A stretch of DNA of 35,502 nt, taken from the IMG/VR virus record IMGVR_UViG_3300011878_000001, positions 1-35,502 of that record; one strand, written 5' to 3'. The notes beneath the pieces were generated by a model, which ran no database searches, was not told the DNA's origin, and was given only the letters and a program-made list of their open reading frames with translations. This document shows, piece by piece, positions 22,055 to 31,211 of this stretch (within the stretch, counting starts at the first letter, position 1; each line of letters begins with the position of its first letter). The stretch comes from a virus. The position numbers were made by a program, and so were the translations under genes.

Positions 22055-24580
22055 TTACTCCACGATACGATCAAAATCAGGCATCTGAATATCACCGACA
22101 TCATCACCCCAGAAGCGCGTCCGGTCGTGCTGACGTTCGGCCTTACGCAATAATTTTTCACGGTATCCAGGTGCAATCATGTCCTGCATTTCATCAAATA
22201 CCATTCGATTAGTCGCGGCTTTGGTGTACCACAAGTTTTGCGCAGGGATCTTGTTCTTGAGTAAGCGGAATGCTTCATTAGATGCGTTGGTGTCCTTGTC
22301 ATCGTAGTACTGCGTCAAGTTCCCCACAGTCAAACCAAGCACAGCTTTAACATCTGAACCCAATGGACCAACCATAAAGTCCGAAGCACTACGTCCTGAA
22401 GTATCTGTACCCGCAACCAGAATGTCACCAAGAATGGATAGACCACCACCCTGAACAGCTGAACGTGTCCAGAAATTCATAGCCTTTTGCGGATCATCAC
22501 TATCCCACATGGTTGAAGGATCGTTACCATTGGCCAGCTCTTTCAACTGTACAGCTAATGCGCCAAGTACTGTGGTCATGGCAAATAATGAAACGCCATA
22601 AGCTGCTTTGCCTTTCACACCATCCTGTGCCATTGCACGTGAACCGTGGCGCATCAAGAATGCCGCGGGGAATGACTTAAACTGAAGCATAGATTTGATT
22701 ATTTCACCCATACCTGTGCCTTTCCGTTGCCCTGCACTCATCCATGTACGTTCGCGCAATCCAGCTTCAACCACAGCCATTCCCTGTTCATCCAGCAAGT
22801 GTGCCTGAAATTGTGTGGCCACTTCATCACGCACCTTTTGTGGGTCGCCAAACCTAGTTAAATCACTATCTGGAATTTCATAGATTGAACGTGCTGACAT
22901 TAGCTGGTTGCCTTTACGATCCACCACCGGATCAGCCAGACGCATGACTTCCCATGCTCGTTCGTTTAGTCCGGTTTTTTCCATTAGCTCGCGGTCTAAC
23001 GCGTCTAAATCATCCCAGCTTTTAGACCGACTTAGACGACCATACTTCTCCATAAGCATCTTGGTAAAGCCGACTTTTGAAGCTGCTGTGAGTGCATTTA
23101 GGCCAGATATACGCATAACCTGTGAAGCAATACCACTGGATACCCGAGCCAGTTTCTGTGATTTGCCATGCACTGAGGTCAATCCATCATCTGACCAACG
23201 AGCAATAGAGCCGAGCATTTCCTCTGTGGCCAGACCTAAGCTGTGCGCCAGCTGCCGATCTTCTTTATTTTTCGGATTGAGTTGTGAAATCAGCTCACCA
23301 AAAGTTTTACGGTAGGCAATACCATGGATCGATGCTGTCTTTGCAATCATGGCTTGATCGGTGACGGATGAAATTGTGGTGCCGCCCAGCATGGATGCTA
23401 CGTTCATTGATCGGTATGCTAAACCCAAATTGGCAAGCACTTCGGATTGCGGTGTGTTCTGTCCGGAGAATTCATCAAACATCGTTTGTGCACGTTTACG
23501 GCTCTTGCCTGTCGTGTTCTGATCCAGACCTTTTAGCCAGTCTTTTTGCTCGGCTGCATCCATCAGAATGCGCATGGCATTACGCGGATTACTTCCCAAA
23601 TTTTCTACCATAGCAATATCTTTAGATAATCCATTTACGTGCGCCTCGATCAGATCCACAAACGGCATACCACCGAACTCAGCCTGATATTCCATCCATG
23701 ACTCAGCATCTTTAAAATGTAGTACCCGGCTTTCAGAGTGACGACTGGTGACTTTTGAATTACCACCAAAGGACTGCCGGCCAATCTCTGTTTTATTGGC
23801 CCCGTTGCTGCTGAGCGTGTCAAACGAGTGCTCAAGCAGGTCGCGGATCTCCTGCTGTGAATAATACGTGCCATCCTCATGCACATATTTGGAAGTGTTG
23901 ATCAGGCTTTCCGCTTTCTGCACCCATGCCTGTTTCCCGGCCTTAACGATCTTTTCCAGGCTATGCGTCTGCGGTAAACCCCAATCATCCAGCTTGCCAA
24001 TATCACCACCGGCACGGTTAAAGCGTTCACGCATACCCTCAAAGACTTCACCCATTTTGTCGCTGATCTTCTTGGCCAGCGGATCGCCGGTACTGTCATT
24101 GAAGCGTTCACGGACAATTTTTTGCACCAGTTCTGCATCAGTAAATACACCTAAACTGCCTTTGATATTTGTGTAGAAGTCCACCAGCTCACCACGGTAA
24201 ACGGAGGCAATCGCACGTGCTTTGGAGTCTAGAGATTGAATGCCAGACATATCACCATGTGGGGCAACCATGCGGTCCACGACTTCGGATGCAGATAAGG
24301 TCGGATGATCAAGCTGTGCAAGGTTTTTGTTCTGAGTGAGAATGTCACGTGCGGCAATGGCATGCTTTCGTTTTAATTGCGCCTGAATATCCTGTGCCAC
24401 AAACTCACCGGCTTTCACCAGTTTTTCAGCATCGGATAAATTGCGCCAGTTCTGAATATCCTGTTTGGCCAAAGACTTCATTGCATCCTTGATCCGGTTT
24501 TCAATGTCGGTGGCTTCTTGCTGGTTTAAAGTTGCCTTGCCGAGTGCCTTTGCTACGGCGGCCTTACATTGGTCTTTCAT
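22055..24580 (-). CDS. Large alpha-helical virion/ejection protein (841 aa) with C-terminal hydrophobic segments
   Basis: It lies within the internal-virion-protein block. Hydrophobic stretches AAYGVSLFAMTTVLGALAV and GGGLSILGDILVAG near the C-terminus. No enzymatic motif recognised. Confidence 0.45.
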   Translation of the reverse strand: MKDQCKAAVAKALGKATLNQQEATDIENRIKDAMKSLAKQDIQNWRNLSDAEKLVKAGEFVAQDIQAQLKRKHAIAARDILTQNKNLAQLDHPTLSASEVVDRMVAPHGDMSGIQSLDSKARAIASVYRGELVDFYTNIKGSLGVFTDAELVQKIVRERFNDSTGDPLAKKISDKMGEVFEGMRERFNRAGGDIGKLDDWGLPQTHSLEKIVKAGKQAWVQKAESLINTSKYVHEDGTYYSQQEIRDLLEHSFDTLSSNGANKTEIGRQSFGGNSKVTSRHSESRVLHFKDAESWMEYQAEFGGMPFVDLIEAHVNGLSKDIAMVENLGSNPRNAMRILMDAAEQKDWLKGLDQNTTGKSRKRAQTMFDEFSGQNTPQSEVLANLGLAYRSMNVASMLGGTTISSVTDQAMIAKTASIHGIAYRKTFGELISQLNPKNKEDRQLAHSLGLATEEMLGSIARWSDDGLTSVHGKSQKLARVSSGIASQVMRISGLNALTAASKVGFTKMLMEKYGRLSRSKSWDDLDALDRELMEKTGLNERAWEVMRLADPVVDRKGNQLMSARSIYEIPDSDLTRFGDPQKVRDEVATQFQAHLLDEQGMAVVEAGLRERTWMSAGQRKGTGMGEIIKSMLQFKSFPAAFLMRHGSRAMAQDGVKGKAAYGVSLFAMTTVLGALAVQLKELANGNDPSTMWDSDDPQKAMNFWTRSAVQGGGLSILGDILVAGTDTSGRSASDFMVGPLGSDVKAVLGLTVGNLTQYYDDKDTNASNEAFRLLKNKIPAQNLWYTKAATNRMVFDEMQDMIAPGYREKLLRKAERQHDRTRFWGDDVGDIQMPDFDRIVE

Positions 24581-24642
24581 AATAAAAATGCCCAGATAAT
24601 TTTCATCATCTGAGCATCTTTTAAAATTGGGTTTGTTGAGTG
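24581..24642 (-). terminator. Box-terminator module copy 4 (after the acidic 89-aa ORF)
   Basis: Minus-strand reading: CACTCAACAAACC (24642-24630), stem ATGCTCAGAT/ATCTGGGCAT (24617-24588, one G.U pair), TTTTATT, then ATG 24580. Confidence 0.7.
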
Positions 24643-24650
24643 ATGAGTTA

Positions 24651-24920
24651 TCAATCTGACTCTATAGGTCTACTTGAAACTGATGTTTCATACTCTACCA
24701 GGTACTGTTGGCCAGTATCATAAAGCTTGGCAACATCTAATAAAAAATCATCAAGAGGTGAAACAAATTCCTCTATTTCCCCAAAGTCTTTAAATCTTTT
24801 AGCATTGTCAGGACGGGAATCATAAAGTGTTGTAATCATTGCATCACTATTATTTATACCAATCACAAAATCTTCTTTTTCAGGGTGAATTAAAACAAAC
24901 CCCAATAGTTTTTTAGCCAT
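24651..24920 (-). CDS. Small acidic protein (89 aa), an AT-rich moron inside the ejection-protein cluster
   Basis: 18 Asp/Glu versus 9 Lys/Arg by count. Own SD (AAGGA 7 nt upstream). 57-nt AT-rich upstream gap. Own terminator downstream. Confidence 0.6.
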   Translation of the reverse strand: MAKKLLGFVLIHPEKEDFVIGINNSDAMITTLYDSRPDNAKRFKDFGEIEEFVSPLDDFLLDVAKLYDTGQQYLVEYETSVSSRPIESD

Positions 24921-24977
24921 CTATAAATCCTTACTTTTCAATATTTATAATTTGCATAAGCAAACCAATTAAACGAT

Positions 24978-27812
24978 TTATTCCCCAAACTGTAAAGCAC
25001 AACTGATCGCTGTTTCAGTAGCGAAAATATCCTGCTGTGTCTGACGTGCTTCGGCTTCTAGTTCATCCAGTCGTTCACGTAAAGACATGGTGATTTCTTC
25101 CATTTCCCCATCTGGACGCATGCGACTGACTGAAATTTGCTGATCTGGATTCTGCATAATGATGTCTAAAGCGGCTGATTCTTCTGGTCCATCACCAAAT
25201 AATGAACCTTGTCGCGGATCGCCCATGGCCTCAATTTCATCAATCCTGGATTGAATATTCTCACCAATAGCTTTTGTACTACGCTTGTTTTGATCAAAGA
25301 CATTCAGGAAGTCACGTGCACCAGGTGAAAGTCCATCATCGATGAGCTGACCTTGATTTAGATAATCCGGTACGGTCTGGCCGTTGGCTTTTAGATCACT
25401 GAGCTTTTGCGCTGCTTGTGCCAAGTCTTTGGCCAAAGTATTTTTATGACGACCACCCTGTTTCACCAGACTGTCCAGTTGTGCCAGTTGCGGTGCAGCA
25501 CGGAGCAAGGCAGACAATACGGTTTTGCTGTCATCGTCCAGATTCTCAGCCATACGGCCAATCAGTGACGAATCATCATAGGCACGTTGCATGATCGCAG
25601 ATTCAATACGGCGTTTTCCTTCCTGGCTTAATCGTCCGTCACCGGTAATCACTGTGCCCTGTTCTGACTTTGGCAATGACCCTACAAAACCGCGTACAAA
25701 GTCCATAGAGCCATCAAGGTTGATCGTACCGTCATTATTGATCTTTAGAAGTGACGCATCCGGCAAACGATCCGAATCACTCACAGCGCGTTCAGTTGCG
25801 GAGTACTGCGCCACATCGGATTCATTGGCCAGCTTTGCAAACTGCGTACGGTCCGTATCGGTTAAACGTGTCCGGACTAAAACAGGATTATTAATGCCGG
25901 CAATATCGATGCCACGTTCAGCCGCGTACTGTTCCAGGAATGCCCGATATTCTTCAGCACGGCCCGACTCATAAGCCTTTGCAATGGCAAGTGTACGTCC
26001 GTTGCCTGATTCCACCACATTATCCATACCGATAATTGGTGCACCATCAGACAGCTTTGGAGATTCGCCAAGCAACTCAGGTCGCAAATCCTCAGCCATA
26101 CGCTCAATCTGTTGACGTGATGCCTCCCGGGTACGATCACGTGGTTGCAGTTCTGATGGGTAAAGTGGATTTACACCATAAGCCAGATCATTCGATGCAA
26201 TCAGTTCGTCCAGGCTCTTTACTTCATAGGCGAAATCATAGCTAGACCCATCCATGCCATAGGCAGTGCTGGTACCATTTTCACCATAACGTGCGCTAAG
26301 ACCGTTCCACTTGTTGCGCCATTTATCGACAGCTTGCCCAACGGTTAATCCAGACATGCCGTTATTGTTCACAATGGCATCGGCATTCTTGGAATCGTAC
26401 TTACGCACCACATCAATTAGCTTGGCATTCGGATCTGCTCTCAAGACTGCAGCTGCCCCACCTGGTCCAAGCAAGTGACCTAGATACTGCTCATGTGCCA
26501 CCGGCTCACGGCCAAGACTTTTACGCATAGAAGCATTGGCATTCTTGATGTGCTTCAAGCCCTGGCGAATCTGTTCATCAATATTGGTACGGTCACCACC
26601 GCCCTGACCCTTCCATGTCTTGTCGAGAATCTGGAACAGACCATGTGCAGATGAGGTCGGATTCTTCGCTGTGTGGTCGAATTTACCGCCTGTTTCAATG
26701 TGAGCAATAGTAAGTGCCACCGAAGGATTCACACCCTCCATCTGCGCTTTACGTGCGATAGATTTGGCATTGGTAGGCAAAGCCATCGTATCGTAATTAA
26801 CTGGCTTCTGCTTTTCCTCACCCTTAACCGGATGCACTACATTGACAGGTCGGCCCATGCGGATTGCTTCTACTGAAGCATCTAGGTTTTTATAATGATT
26901 ATTTTGCTGAACTGGATCGGCTGCTTTGACTGGTGCTAGTGTTTCTTCAAATTCCAATTCATTCAAAACCAGTGCTGCACGTTCCCGGTCAATTTCAATT
27001 TCCAGCTGCTCGGGTGATTTGTTCAGATAACGACTGGCCCCACGTGCTGCACCAAAAAACAGGGTATTCAGTAGCAGATCTGTGCCGATGGTTTCAGCAT
27101 TGACTTCGTATTTCTTCGCCTGTTTTTCGTAACCTTCTGACTCAAGTATCTCACCAGATACAGCTTGGCCACCCTGGGATAATGCAGTTGCCCCACCGAC
27201 AGACAATATGCCGTCTTTAATTACACCGCCTGTGCCTTTAAAACCATAGGACATAGGCAAAGCAGTAGCAGCTGCCGCCACTACACCATCCGTTAAAGCG
27301 ACTTTGGCCGCTGTTTCGCTATCCACACCATCGCGTGTCAGATCACCATAGACATAATGGGTTTCGGATGCACCGGTGACAGCTGCTGCACCGGCCACGC
27401 CACCAACGGCGCTACCAGTTACAGCACGTGTAGCATAGTCGCCCAGACTGAATGCAATATTGCCGATGGTACCGGTGTTTTCTTCATCCTTCAGATAGTC
27501 GATAGACTCATACACCAGATCATCACGCGCCTTTTGTTTCTGTTCCTTGTAGACAGAATATGGCTCGATAAATTCTTCTGTGCCTACGTCCTTAAATGAA
27601 TAGCCAACACGATCCACCACGGCGTCAATAGGTGCGGTAATCGTATCTGCCACTTTAGCAAAGCCCGCACCCATACCTCGCACCGGTGCAGCCAACTGGA
27701 ACAGCCCACTGGATTCTTCTTTGATCTGGGATTTATGCGCAATACCTTTAGCATTGACTGCATCGACCTGCTTCTGTTCTTCGTCTGTATATTCAGATAA
27801 CCAGTTACTCAT
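24978..27812 (-). CDS. Internal virion/ejection protein with SLT lytic transglycosylase and ParB/Srx-like domains (polyvalent protein, gp16 analogue)
   Basis: Residues ~120-260 form a Gly/Ala-rich hydrophobic region. SLT motifs IAHIETGG and GLFQI (residues ~345-470, nt 26403-26780). ParB-like motifs ELQPRDR (554-560) and GNGRTLA (603-609, GxxRxxA; nt 25986-26153). Helical C-terminus. Confidence 0.75.
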   Translation of the reverse strand: MSNWLSEYTDEEQKQVDAVNAKGIAHKSQIKEESSGLFQLAAPVRGMGAGFAKVADTITAPIDAVVDRVGYSFKDVGTEEFIEPYSVYKEQKQKARDDLVYESIDYLKDEENTGTIGNIAFSLGDYATRAVTGSAVGGVAGAAAVTGASETHYVYGDLTRDGVDSETAAKVALTDGVVAAAATALPMSYGFKGTGGVIKDGILSVGGATALSQGGQAVSGEILESEGYEKQAKKYEVNAETIGTDLLLNTLFFGAARGASRYLNKSPEQLEIEIDRERAALVLNELEFEETLAPVKAADPVQQNNHYKNLDASVEAIRMGRPVNVVHPVKGEEKQKPVNYDTMALPTNAKSIARKAQMEGVNPSVALTIAHIETGGKFDHTAKNPTSSAHGLFQILDKTWKGQGGGDRTNIDEQIRQGLKHIKNANASMRKSLGREPVAHEQYLGHLLGPGGAAAVLRADPNAKLIDVVRKYDSKNADAIVNNNGMSGLTVGQAVDKWRNKWNGLSARYGENGTSTAYGMDGSSYDFAYEVKSLDELIASNDLAYGVNPLYPSELQPRDRTREASRQQIERMAEDLRPELLGESPKLSDGAPIIGMDNVVESGNGRTLAIAKAYESGRAEEYRAFLEQYAAERGIDIAGINNPVLVRTRLTDTDRTQFAKLANESDVAQYSATERAVSDSDRLPDASLLKINNDGTINLDGSMDFVRGFVGSLPKSEQGTVITGDGRLSQEGKRRIESAIMQRAYDDSSLIGRMAENLDDDSKTVLSALLRAAPQLAQLDSLVKQGGRHKNTLAKDLAQAAQKLSDLKANGQTVPDYLNQGQLIDDGLSPGARDFLNVFDQNKRSTKAIGENIQSRIDEIEAMGDPRQGSLFGDGPEESAALDIIMQNPDQQISVSRMRPDGEMEEITMSLRERLDELEAEARQTQQDIFATETAISCALQFGE

Positions 27813-29848
27813 TACTTGGTCACTCCATCAGGCATGTTGAGATAGAACAGCGGTGTGCCACGTTCATTGATCAAGGCATAACGGATTACGCCATTTGGCC
27901 CTCTTGCAGCTTCACGGCGTAAGCGCAGATCGCGCACTTCGCTTTCCGACATCTTGTACTTTTGAGCAATCGCAGCAAAGCGTGTATCCAGAATGGCTTC
28001 AAAGCGTTCATCTTTCATGCCGTATGGTTTAGATACTTTCCATGTTTTCTGATTGCCGAACTTCACGCCCTGCTCATAAACACCACCAGTGGCCATGCTT
28101 AGGGCTGCACTGGTGATCTCTTTACTAATGTCGTCCTTATCCTTGTGCTGATAACCATCACGTTCGGTTAGGTGTGCATAAATTGACTTGAATGCAGCGT
28201 AGGTCATATTGGCTGTGCCACCTGTAACGGTATTGCCTACATACTTATTAAACTCGGCTTTAAGCAACTCATCCTTAGGCATCATCATCTGTTTGTTTTT
28301 CAATGCCTGATTACCGGAAATGATCGCCGTTGCGACATCCTCACCCTTTTCAGAACGGTAATTATTAGCACGTGCCACACCTGCCATCAGGTATGAATTA
28401 TCACCACCACCCAATTGTTTAATTGCAGCTGCCCAGATCCGGCTGCCATTCGGCACGCCTTTTGATTTAGTAATGAAAGTGCTAATGGTGTTTAATTTTT
28501 CATTCACACTTGAATTTTCAAAAGCCTGTTTAACCTCTGTTAGATCTTCAGATGCAATCGGCTTAATAGCTAAATTAGGATCTTTCAAGGCAAACTGACT
28601 GACGGCGTTTTCAATCGCTTTATCAGCAAATGAGCCTGGATCTGTTTTTAATTCCATGCCTGTGAGCTGGTGTGTCTGCAATCCTGCTTCACGCACAGCC
28701 TGATTCGGGTTTTCTTTCAATGTCTGCTTTTTCTCATTGAAGATAGATTCATACACACCTAAGATCTTTTCTTCATTCACAGCATCAGTGGTAGTGCTGT
28801 TCTTAGCACGCGCCTTCTGCTCATTAATTCGCTTTTCCTGTTCTGCAGTAGATAATCGGCTGAACATCTGAAAGTTGTTAGACTGTGATTTATAGAAATT
28901 ATATTCAGCTTCGTGCTCAGTACCCTGTACTGCAGATCCCATCGTTTGAATGTAATCATCATCTAAAGCACGGCCTGTCAGCACCTGAGATTTAAACTCG
29001 TTCAGGGCTTTACCCGCCAGCTGCACACGCTTATTTTCTTCGACCTCAACCTGTTTATTGATTGCATCGATCCGGCTCAGTGCCTGCGCTTTTTTCTGCT
29101 GCAGTGTTGGACCATCGGTATAACCAAAACCGCCGTTATCCATTTCAGTGACTAGCTGCTGCAGGCTAGCTGTATCCTTGTTTTCGATTGCTGCAGTAAT
29201 ACGGCCATCAATATCTTGCAAATCTCGGGAACTTTCGTATTTGTTTAGCATTTCCTGTTTTTGTGCTTCAGGAAGATTCAGGCTTTGAATATTTGATTCG
29301 ATATATTCACGACCTGCCTTACGATCCATACGTGTACCAATATCCATATAACGTTCAGCAAGTACTTCGCCTTTGCGGTTATCAGCACTTAACTGTAACG
29401 GCAGAAATGAAGTGGAGTTCTTGGCCACATGATGCGACCAGTAGTTTTCCATCTCATGACGTGCATGCATCGGCATGTCATTTTCAAGTTCTTTATAGCG
29501 CTGCTGCGACCAGGTGCTTAAAGTCTTGTTTGCATCCTCAGCCTTCATTGCGCCGTTGGCCACATCGTTTTTAAGCAATGTAACCTGTTCAGACAACTCA
29601 GAAGTCAACACGTCATCCAGCTTAACTTTTGCTTCTTTCTCAGCCATCTGATTGCTGTACAGCTCGGCATTCTTGGCCGAGATTTCAGCCTGTTCCTGCT
29701 CTTTGTTTTTTTGCTGAGCCATACCAGCAAAAGTCTGACCTAAATTGCCCACCGCCTGCGCCAATTGACCTGTATTGCGCTGTGGCATCTGGATACGTTC
29801 AACCTGTGGCATTGCATTACCAAAGTTGCCCATCGGGATTCTAGCCAT
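27812..29848 (-). CDS. Internal virion protein (gp15-position, about 678 aa)
   Basis: ATG 29848 in a TAATG overlap with the upstream stop (the track starts at GTG 29857). Helical, Q/E/K-rich. Call is positional only. Confidence 0.5.
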   Translation of the reverse strand: MARIPMGNFGNAMPQVERIQMPQRNTGQLAQAVGNLGQTFAGMAQQKNKEQEQAEISAKNAELYSNQMAEKEAKVKLDDVLTSELSEQVTLLKNDVANGAMKAEDANKTLSTWSQQRYKELENDMPMHARHEMENYWSHHVAKNSTSFLPLQLSADNRKGEVLAERYMDIGTRMDRKAGREYIESNIQSLNLPEAQKQEMLNKYESSRDLQDIDGRITAAIENKDTASLQQLVTEMDNGGFGYTDGPTLQQKKAQALSRIDAINKQVEVEENKRVQLAGKALNEFKSQVLTGRALDDDYIQTMGSAVQGTEHEAEYNFYKSQSNNFQMFSRLSTAEQEKRINEQKARAKNSTTTDAVNEEKILGVYESIFNEKKQTLKENPNQAVREAGLQTHQLTGMELKTDPGSFADKAIENAVSQFALKDPNLAIKPIASEDLTEVKQAFENSSVNEKLNTISTFITKSKGVPNGSRIWAAAIKQLGGGDNSYLMAGVARANNYRSEKGEDVATAIISGNQALKNKQMMMPKDELLKAEFNKYVGNTVTGGTANMTYAAFKSIYAHLTERDGYQHKDKDDISKEITSAALSMATGGVYEQGVKFGNQKTWKVSKPYGMKDERFEAILDTRFAAIAQKYKMSESEVRDLRLRREAARGPNGVIRYALINERGTPLFYLNMPDGVTK

Positions 29849-30273
29849 TATTTCCACCCCTTCGCAGTATTCAAACCTCCGCTGACCGCATTTAAGCCAC
29901 CAGCAACAAGCGCCGTATTGGCATTTTTACCATATACGCTGGCTTCACCCTTTAAGCGCTGTGAACTGTTATAACCAGTAATCGATGCCATATTCGCGTC
30001 ATAGTTAGCATCCAGTTCAATCTGATCATTGATTACAACGGCGGTACCCTCATGCACATCCAGGCCATTTTCTGCAGCTGCTGCACGTGCACGGCTCTGT
30101 GCCTTATCCTTTTCCTTGCGGATGCGCTCGGCTTCTAAACGACCACGTGCCAACTCTGCTTCCGCATCAGCATTCGCCTGCTTCTGCATATACTTGTTAT
30201 TTTGATGATCTGTATAACCTGCATATAGGGTTGATCCTACTGTAGCGACAACGGCTACTGCTGCCCAAGACAT
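29848..30273 (-). CDS. Small internal virion protein (gp14-position, 141 aa, N-terminal hydrophobic helix)
   Basis: MSWAAVAVVATVGSTLYAGY, then a coiled coil. Translationally coupled on both sides. Confidence 0.45.
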   Translation of the reverse strand: MSWAAVAVVATVGSTLYAGYTDHQNNKYMQKQANADAEAELARGRLEAERIRKEKDKAQSRARAAAAENGLDVHEGTAVVINDQIELDANYDANMASITGYNSSQRLKGEASVYGKNANTALVAGGLNAVSGGLNTAKGWK

Positions 30274-30758
30274 TATTCAATCTCCTTTACTTTGCCCGGT
30301 AGGGATGCAAGGAATTGATCTATTTCCTCATCAGGCACAATCACCTGCTGTTCGATCTTTTCCAGGTCGGTTTCTTCTGTGGGGTGTACGGTGATCCATG
30401 AACTGTCCTCATGAAAATAACCAATGCGTTTGGTACCTGGCATGGATTTCAGTACACATGGTGCAGTCATCAATTGAATGCCGTCCTCTGTGGCCACAGT
30501 TAGCGAACCTTTGAGCAGAATATTCATATGCTCGGTACGATGCATCTTGCTCACGACCAGTGTTCCAGCTGCTGCATCCATCTGACGCATATATACACCT
30601 GGTGCAAAGTGATGCTGCACTGGCACATCGATCAAATCCGGACTTTGTGAAAGCTGATCTTGTACACCACGGACTACATCGATATATGTCCGGCTCTGTA
30701 CATCCCCGAGGATTCGCGCCAGTAGTTCGGTATTGTCTGCAGGAATAACTTCATTCAT
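30273..30758 (-). CDS. Cupin-like (double-stranded beta-helix) protein, tentative
   Basis: 161 aa. His-rich beta pattern VQHHFAPGVYMRQM...SKMHRTEHMNILLKGSLTV...PGTKRIGYFHEDSSWITVH. Coupled to its neighbours (2-nt gap upstream, and its stop shares 1 nt with the next start). Confidence 0.35.
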   Translation of the reverse strand: MNEVIPADNTELLARILGDVQSRTYIDVVRGVQDQLSQSPDLIDVPVQHHFAPGVYMRQMDAAAGTLVVSKMHRTEHMNILLKGSLTVATEDGIQLMTAPCVLKSMPGTKRIGYFHEDSSWITVHPTEETDLEKIEQQVIVPDEEIDQFLASLPGKVKEIE

Positions 30759-30760
30759 GT

Positions 30761-31210
30761 TTAAAGCTCCATGTCCAGTAAGGTGCCATGCTCTTTAAAT
30801 CCAAAATGGTTATAGAGTCGGATGCATCCCTGAGTATTAATTCCAGTGGTGGTACCACACTGAACGCGACCTGCATTCATGTGTTTGGCCCATGTAATAA
30901 ACGTGTCAATCAGGTACAAGGCAGCACGTGTAGACCGATATTCGGGCTTGACGTAGAACACTTGTTCAAAGGCAATGACCTGATTGTTGAACCAGTCTTT
31001 AGTAGTCAGGCAAACGATACCGCCTGCAATTTCATGATCCTGAACAGCCACAAATACCGTACCTGCACCCTGAATCACTTGGGACAGGTTTTCAGTCAGT
31101 GCCTGTTCATCCAGTTCACGGTTGGCATAGTTCGGTGCTTCCTGGATAAATTGCCGGGCTATCTCCAACAAATCCGGCAGATCATCTAGTGTGGCTGGGC
31201 GCACAATCAT
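30761..31210 (-). CDS. GNAT-family N-acetyltransferase
   Basis: ATG 31210 (MIVRPATLDDLPDLLEI...), 1 nt after the tail tubular B stop. Acetyl-CoA motif-A-like YVKPEYRSTRAALYLID. C-terminal YNHFGFKE. The track start at 31222 is the alternative. Confidence 0.65.
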   Translation of the reverse strand: MIVRPATLDDLPDLLEIARQFIQEAPNYANRELDEQALTENLSQVIQGAGTVFVAVQDHEIAGGIVCLTTKDWFNNQVIAFEQVFYVKPEYRSTRAALYLIDTFITWAKHMNAGRVQCGTTTGINTQGCIRLYNHFGFKEHGTLLDMEL

Positions 31211-31211
31211 G

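Noticed and set aside
30761-31210. GNAT gene as a TacT/AtaT-like toxin of a TA module
   Set aside because: No adjacent small RHH or HTH antitoxin. Normal base composition. Tight translational coupling within the virion operon.
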